Assembly: GCA_033851955.1 (NCBI GenBank)
Contig: JAWSVK010000018.1
Coordinates: forward strand, 1-64,000
Direction: 5' to 3'
From: Marinosulfonomonas sp.
GTDB lineage: Bacteria > Pseudomonadota > Alphaproteobacteria > Rhodobacterales > Rhodobacteraceae
DNA: 64,000 nt
The translations under genes were made by a program, and so were the position numbers. This document shows, one piece after another, positions 59,007 through 64,000 of the stretch; position 1 is the stretch's first letter, and each line of letters starts with the position of its first letter. The notes under the pieces were generated by a model. It did no database searches. It was not told the origin of the DNA and saw nothing but the letters and a program-made list of their open reading frames with translations.

Positions 59007-61967
59007 ATGGCGATGGACAAAACATTTGACGCAAAGACGGCCGAAGCCCGCATTTTCAAAGCATGGGAAGACGAAAAAGCCTTTGCCGCTGGCGCCAACG
59101 CCAAACCGGACGCTGACAGCTATTCCATCATGATCCCGCCGCCCAATGTCACGGGCGCGCTGCACATCGGCCACGCCTTTAACAACACCCTTCAGGACGT
59201 TCTGGTCCGCTGGAAACGCATGCAGGGTTTCGACACCCTATGGCAACCGGGACAAGACCACGCCGGCATCGCCACCCAGTTGCAAGTTGAAAAAATGCTG
59301 GCCGAACAACAGCTGCCATCCCGTGCCGAAATGGGCCGCGAGGCTTTCACTGCCAAGGTTTGGGAGTGGAAGGAAAAATACGGCTCCACCATCATCAATC
59401 AGCTGAAACGGCTGGGTGCCTCCTGTGATTGGGACCGCAACGCCTTTACGATGGACACCAATTTCCACGACGCCGTGCTCAAAGTTTTTGTCGACCTCTA
59501 CAACAAAAACCTGATCTATCGCGGCAGCCGCTTGGTCAACTGGGACCCGCATTTTGAAACCGCGATTTCCGATCTTGAGGTCGAAAACATCGAAATCGAC
59601 GGCCACATGTGGCACTTCAAATATCCCCTAGCGGGGAACGCTGAATATGAATACGTCGAGAAGGACGAGGATGGCAACGTCACCCTTCGTGAGACCCGCA
59701 ATTACATCTCGATCGCCACAACCCGCCCCGAAACCATGCTCGGTGACGGCGCGGTTGCGGTGCATCCAGATGACGAGCGTTACGCGCCGATTGTTGGCCA
59801 GCTTTGCGAAATTCCGGTTGGGCCCAAACAGCACCGCCGCCTGATCCCGATCATCACCGATGAATATCCTGACATGACATTCGGCTCGGGCGCTGTGAAA
59901 ATCACCGGCGCACACGACCTGAACGACTATGGCGTCGCCAAACGCAACAACATCCCGCTGTATCGCCTGATGGATACGCGTGCGCAAATGCGCACCGACG
60001 GCACGGATTATGCCGCCGCCGCCACCCGCGCCAAGGAAATCGCCGAAGGGGCTGAGTTTGCCGAGAGCGAGATCGATGCGATCAACCTGATCCCAGACGC
60101 TTACCGTGGCTTGGACCGCTTTGACGCCCGCAAAGCCGTGATCAAAGACATCGACGCCGAAGGCTTGATGATCATGGTCGAAGACAAAAAGATCATGCAG
60201 CCATTTTGCGATCGTTCCAAGGTGGTGATGGAACCGATGCTGACCGATCAATGGTACGTCGACGCCGCCAAACTCGCCGGCCCCGCCCGTGACGCGGTCA
60301 CCGATGGTCGCGTGAAAATTATCCCTGAATCAGGTGAAAAAGTATACTTCCACTGGATGAACAACATCGAGCCATGGTGCATCTCGCGCCAGCTCTGGTG
60401 GGGGCATCAGATACCGGTTTGGTACGGGCCTGGTATCGTTGGCGGAGGTAAATGGAGCTACGCCCCAGAGCACCGCATTGCCTTTTGTGCTCCGAGTTTT
60501 GAAGAAGCTGCGGAACTATTGAAGGCCAAGTATTACCGCTTCCCTGAGGATGCGGAAGACTGCGTCGTCTTTGAAGCCGACACCTTTGATGAGGCCCAAT
60601 TGGAGAGCAACAAAGACTGGGAAGAGGAAGACGGCCGAGCGATGATCGGTATCGTCCGCGACCCCGACGTCCTAGACACATGGTTCTCCTCCGGCCTCTG
60701 GCCCATCGGCACCCTCGGCTGGCCCGAGGACACGCCAGAGATGGCGAAATACTTCCCGACCTCGGACCTGATCACCGGCCAAGACATCCTGTTCTTCTGG
60801 GTCGCCCGCATGATGATGATGCAGCTCGAAGTCACAGGCGAAATCCCGTTTAGCACCGTCTACCTGCACCAATTGGTGCGCGACGAAAAGGGCGTGAAAA
60901 TGTCCAAAACCTTGGGCAACGTGATCGACCCGCTGGATATGATCGACGAATATGGCGCCGACGCCGTGCGCTTCACCATGTCCTCGATGGCGTCCATCGG
61001 CGGCACCCTGAAACTGTCGACCGAACGCGTCGAGGGCTACCGCAACTTTGGCACCAAACTCTGGAACGCCGTGTCCTTCGCGCAATTCAACGAATGTCAC
61101 CCCGACCCCACGTTCGATCCAGCCGCCGTCAAACTACCGCTGAACAAATGGATGGTCGGCGAGGCCGCCAAAGCGTTCGACACCTACCGCGCAGCCCTTG
61201 ACGCCTACCGTTTCAACGACGCCGCCAACGCCGCCTATGTGTTCGTGCGCGGCGTTTTGTGCGACCGCTATCTGGAATACACCAAACCGACGTTCTTTTC
61301 CGAGGACGCCGCCGCGATAGCCGAAACCCGCGCCACGATGGCGTGGATCATCGACCAATCGCTGATCCTGCTGCACCCGATGATGCCGTTTATCACCGAA
61401 GAACTCTGGGGCATCACAGGCAAGCGCGCCAACATGCTGATCCACCAAGACTGGCCCACCTACACGGCGGCTGATTTAGTCGATCCCGAAGCGGATCGCG
61501 AAATGAATTGGGTGACGGATCTCGTCGACAAAATCCGCTCGGCCCGCGCCGAGGTTAACGTGCCAGCGGGGGCCAAAATCCCGATGCTACAACAAAGCTT
61601 GGATGCGGCAGGCAGCAGCGCATGGACCAACAACGAGGCCCTGATCAAACGTCTCGCCCGCATCGAAACGCTAACCGAAACCACCGATCTGCCCAAAGGG
61701 GCCGTGACCATCGCGGTTGACGGCGGCGTGTTCGCCTTGCCCTTGGCCGACATCATCGATGTGGCGGCTGAAAAGGAACGGCTGGAAAAAACGCTTGGCA
61801 AATTGGAGAAGGATTTGGGCGGATTGCGCGGCCGTTTGAACAACCCCAAATTCGTTGCCAGCGCGCCCGACGCCGTGGTCGCCGAAAGCCGCGAATTGAT
61901 GGCGCAAAAAGAAGAAGAAGCCGCCAAGCTGAAAGCCGCGATGCAACGTTTGGCGGACATGGCCTAG
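59007..61967 (+). CDS. valS: Valine--tRNA ligase
   Basis: HIGH motif ([14 protein letters not shown]). KMSKS motif (VKMSKTLGN). C-terminal coiled coil. 986 aa. Confidence 0.9.
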   Translation: MAMDKTFDAKTAEARIFKAWEDEKAFAAGANAKPDADSYSIMIPPPNVTGALHIGHAFNNTLQDVLVRWKRMQGFDTLWQPGQDHAGIATQLQVEKMLAEQQLPSRAEMGREAFTAKVWEWKEKYGSTIINQLKRLGASCDWDRNAFTMDTNFHDAVLKVFVDLYNKNLIYRGSRLVNWDPHFETAISDLEVENIEIDGHMWHFKYPLAGNAEYEYVEKDEDGNVTLRETRNYISIATTRPETMLGDGAVAVHPDDERYAPIVGQLCEIPVGPKQHRRLIPIITDEYPDMTFGSGAVKITGAHDLNDYGVAKRNNIPLYRLMDTRAQMRTDGTDYAAAATRAKEIAEGAEFAESEIDAINLIPDAYRGLDRFDARKAVIKDIDAEGLMIMVEDKKIMQPFCDRSKVVMEPMLTDQWYVDAAKLAGPARDAVTDGRVKIIPESGEKVYFHWMNNIEPWCISRQLWWGHQIPVWYGPGIVGGGKWSYAPEHRIAFCAPSFEEAAELLKAKYYRFPEDAEDCVVFEADTFDEAQLESNKDWEEEDGRAMIGIVRDPDVLDTWFSSGLWPIGTLGWPEDTPEMAKYFPTSDLITGQDILFFWVARMMMMQLEVTGEIPFSTVYLHQLVRDEKGVKMSKTLGNVIDPLDMIDEYGADAVRFTMSSMASIGGTLKLSTERVEGYRNFGTKLWNAVSFAQFNECHPDPTFDPAAVKLPLNKWMVGEAAKAFDTYRAALDAYRFNDAANAAYVFVRGVLCDRYLEYTKPTFFSEDAAAIAETRATMAWIIDQSLILLHPMMPFITEELWGITGKRANMLIHQDWPTYTAADLVDPEADREMNWVTDLVDKIRSARAEVNVPAGAKIPMLQQSLDAAGSSAWTNNEALIKRLARIETLTETTDLPKGAVTIAVDGGVFALPLADIIDVAAEKERLEKTLGKLEKDLGGLRGRLNNPKFVASAPDAVVAESRELMAQKEEEAAKLKAAMQRLADMA

Positions 61968-62025
61968 CCGCTTATCAGTCCCTGCGGGCCTTCTTCGCTA
62001 AATGAAGAGCGCCCGCACACCAACG
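61968..62025. repeat. Copy 2 of the ~60-nt structured intergenic repeat
   Basis: TAGCCGCTTATCAGTCCCTGCGGGCCTTCTTCGCTAAATGAAGAGCGCCCGCAC, directly after the valS stop. Confidence 0.45.
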
Positions 62026-62063
62026 ATGAATGCGCTTAATACTGGCACATTCAGCAAGGTTCT

Positions 62064-62573
62064 TTATTGGCTCTCAAGGAACTCATAGGCCTCAAGGATC
62101 ACCTTGGTCAGCCCCGCGAAAAAGCCCGCCACAGTGACATCAACCAGTCCCGGCTGAGGTTGTTCTTCATCGGCAATGACGTCCAACGCAGGCTTCATCA
62201 CAAACAATCCGGGAGCGTCGCGTAATTCCCGATAACTCGCCCCGGTGCCATGTTTCAACACATTGATCGCCAGATAATGCTGATGCACCCGTTCCGCGAG
62301 ATCCACCTCCCCAGCCTCCAACAAAAGTGCCTTCAGTTTGCGCGAAAACGGCCCGCGTTTGAAATGATGCTGCATCCGCGCCTCAAAAGCTGAGAACACA
62401 TCAACCGCCGCCAACTCCAGCGCAACTGTGGCCGAACGAAGCTCCTGTTGCTGCGCGTCGGACCCTTCCGAGCCCCCCATAAGCGTCAAAACATCCGAAA
62501 TACGCGCCTCAGCCAGCGTTGCATCGGCCCGTGCCGCCGCAACCAATTCGGGGACGCTCTGTGAGGTTTCCAT
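62064..62573 (-). CDS. Hypothetical protein (169 aa)
   Basis: ORF with a GC-typical composition. No recognisable motif. Confidence 0.45.
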   Translation of the reverse strand: METSQSVPELVAAARADATLAEARISDVLTLMGGSEGSDAQQQELRSATVALELAAVDVFSAFEARMQHHFKRGPFSRKLKALLLEAGEVDLAERVHQHYLAINVLKHGTGASYRELRDAPGLFVMKPALDVIADEEQPQPGLVDVTVAGFFAGLTKVILEAYEFLESQ

Positions 62574-62683
62574 CGTATATTCTCCTTAGGGTTCCACTCC
62601 CCTTAACCTATACGTCCGGAAATAATAGGGCTGGCATGGACTAATTTGATTTGTGCAGGGCATTGCCGCGCAATTGACCCACC

Positions 62684-62851
62684 CTAATGTACCACCCGTT
62701 CAACCGCCCGCATCATGCCAAGCGATTTATCGTAAACCAACGTCAAAATGCGCCGCCCACTGATGCGCGTGGCGATGCTCGGCAAGGTGCGCACAGCACC
62801 AGCCGCAACCGTGGTTGCCAGAAATCCTCGACGGGTTAGTTTGATCGACAT
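62684..62851 (-). CDS. Small ORF (55 aa) with a twin-arginine (Tat) signal-like N-terminus
   Basis: MSIKLTRRGFLATTVAAGAV is an RRxFL motif followed by a hydrophobic h-region. Below the ORF-track length cutoff. Confidence 0.3.
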   Translation of the reverse strand: MSIKLTRRGFLATTVAAGAVRTLPSIATRISGRRILTLVYDKSLGMMRAVERVVH

Positions 62852-62966
62852 ATATCACCTACCTGTTGTTGCGAATGATTCTCATATAGGCACCTCAACC
62901 CCAGTTTTCAACCATCCCACGCCATCCCCCCTTGCCGCCCCGCCGATAATGCGCGATCAATCTTCC

Positions 62967-64000
62967 ATGACTGGACCCAGATACACCCCGCTGATCGCCT
63001 CGCTTCCCTCCACCGTGCCCTTTGTTGGCCCCGAGGTGCAGGAGCGCGCCCTTGGCCAGACTTTTGCCGCCCGCCTTGGCGCGAATGAAAACGTCTTTGG
63101 CCCCTCGCCCAAGGCCATCAAGGCTATGCAAAACGCGGTGCCCGAAACATGGATGTATGGCGATTCCGCCAGCCATGATCTGCGCACAGCGCTCGCCACC
63201 CACCACAATGTGGCCATGGACAACATCGTGATTGGGGCTGGCATCGACGGGCTGCTTGGCTCGCTGGTGCGCATGATCGTCACGGCCGGCGACAAGGTTG
63301 TGACCTCGGCTGGCGCCTATCCAACCTTCAATTACCACGTCAACGGCTTTGGCGGCGAATTGCTCCAAGTGCCTTACAAAAACGACATGGAAGACCCGGA
63401 TGCCTTGACCAAATTGGCCCAAGAATCCGACGCCAAATTGATCTACATCGCCAACCCAGACAACCCGATGGGCACCTGCCACAGCGCCGATGTGATCAAC
63501 GACATGATCAACCGTGTGCCGGATGGCTGCCTGCTGGTGCTGGACGAAGCCTATGTCGAATTCGCCCCCAAAGGCACCGCCCCCGCCCTCAACACTTCTG
63601 ACCCCCGCGTCATCAGAATGCGCACCTTTTCAAAGGCCTACGGCATGGCGGGCGCCCGTGTCGGCATGGCAATCGGCCACGCGGACCTGATCGGAAACTT
63701 CGCCAAAGTCCGTGACCATTTCGGCATGAGCCGCGTGTCCCAAGCCGGTGCCCTGGCCGCCCTCCAAGACCAGACCTACCTGCAAACCACCGTCGAAAAC
63801 GTCGCCAAATCCCGCGCCCGCATCACCGCTTTCGCCGCTCAAAACGGGCTCACCGCGCTGCCCTCGGCCACCAATTTCGTCACCATCGACTGCGGCTCAA
63901 CCGGCGACTTTGCCCGCGCAGTCGTCGCTGAAATGATCAAACTCGGCGTCTTTATCCGCATGCCGTTTGTCGCCCCCCAAGACCGCTGCATCCGCATCTC
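62967..64000 (+). CDS. hisC: Pyridoxal-phosphate-dependent aminotransferase, histidinol-phosphate aminotransferase-like (3' end truncated by the window)
   Basis: ATG at 62967 with an ORF open to the window end. Class II aminotransferase layout (GANENVFGPSP ... SKAYGMAGARVG with a Lys). The opposite-strand track ORFs are rejected. Confidence 0.65.
   Translation, partial: MTGPRYTPLIASLPSTVPFVGPEVQERALGQTFAARLGANENVFGPSPKAIKAMQNAVPETWMYGDSASHDLRTALATHHNVAMDNIVIGAGIDGLLGSLVRMIVTAGDKVVTSAGAYPTFNYHVNGFGGELLQVPYKNDMEDPDALTKLAQESDAKLIYIANPDNPMGTCHSADVINDMINRVPDGCLLVLDEAYVEFAPKGTAPALNTSDPRVIRMRTFSKAYGMAGARVGMAIGHADLIGNFAKVRDHFGMSRVSQAGALAALQDQTYLQTTVENVAKSRARITAFAAQNGLTALPSATNFVTIDCGSTGDFARAVVAEMIKLGVFIRMPFVAPQDRCIRI

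Noticed and set aside
62895-63482. 195-aa minus-strand ORF opposite the aminotransferase gene
   Set aside because: Gly/Arg-rich antisense artefact. The plus-strand frame encodes a coherent PLP-aminotransferase starting at 62967.
1-64000. CRISPR arrays, integrase, transposase or prophage genes
   Set aside because: No short direct-repeat/spacer arrays were seen. No recombinase or transposase motifs appear in any frame. Horizontal acquisition is inferred only from GC composition and tRNA remnants.

Overview
This 64-kb window looks like a GC-rich (about 58-60%) alphaproteobacterial chromosome of the Rhodobacteraceae/Roseobacter type. The organism call is an inference from gene content (IHF-beta/rpsA/cmk synteny, TRAP transporters, a Hint-domain protein, putR-putA, GFA-family proteins). 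Most of the window is ordinary housekeeping and catabolic genes: trpB-trpF, ihfB, rpsA, cmk, aroA, valS, metF plus a LysR regulator, putA plus an Lrp-type regulator, an IMPase, a rhomboid protease, two FAD oxidoreductases, a GMC oxidoreductase, and a MarR-ferredoxin-P450-TRAP (dctPQM) cluster. There are two tRNAs: tRNA-Leu(UAA), and an odd tRNA with a UAU anticodon that sits next to a tRNA 3'-end fragment. There are three accessory regions worth attention. (1) 59-5414 is a lower-GC, translationally coupled four-gene cassette on the minus strand: Hen1 RNA 3'-terminal 2'-O-methyltransferase, a Pol-beta-superfamily nucleotidyltransferase, an unknown 194-aa protein, and the trifunctional Pnkp kinase/phosphatase/ligase. 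This is an expanded Pnkp/Hen1 RNA-repair module and the best candidate for an undescribed system variant. (2) 7.6-11.7 kb holds lower-GC genes of unknown function: a two-gene membrane-protein operon and a divergent 521-aa protein, separated by an AT-rich control region containing an inverted repeat. (3) 11.8-20.2 kb holds a LuxR-family regulator divergent from a 1915-aa secreted multidomain adhesin (tandem Ig-like repeats, a vWA domain, a peptidoglycan-binding domain and C-terminal Cys-rich modules), followed by a secreted SH3b protein. A perfect 16-bp palindrome lies in the promoter they share. Other observations: a ~60-nt intergenic repeat present twice, low-GC orphan genes at 37.2-37.9 kb and 58.2-58.7 kb, a Hint-domain protein, and a tiny Tat-signal ORF. 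No CRISPR array, integrase or transposase was seen.
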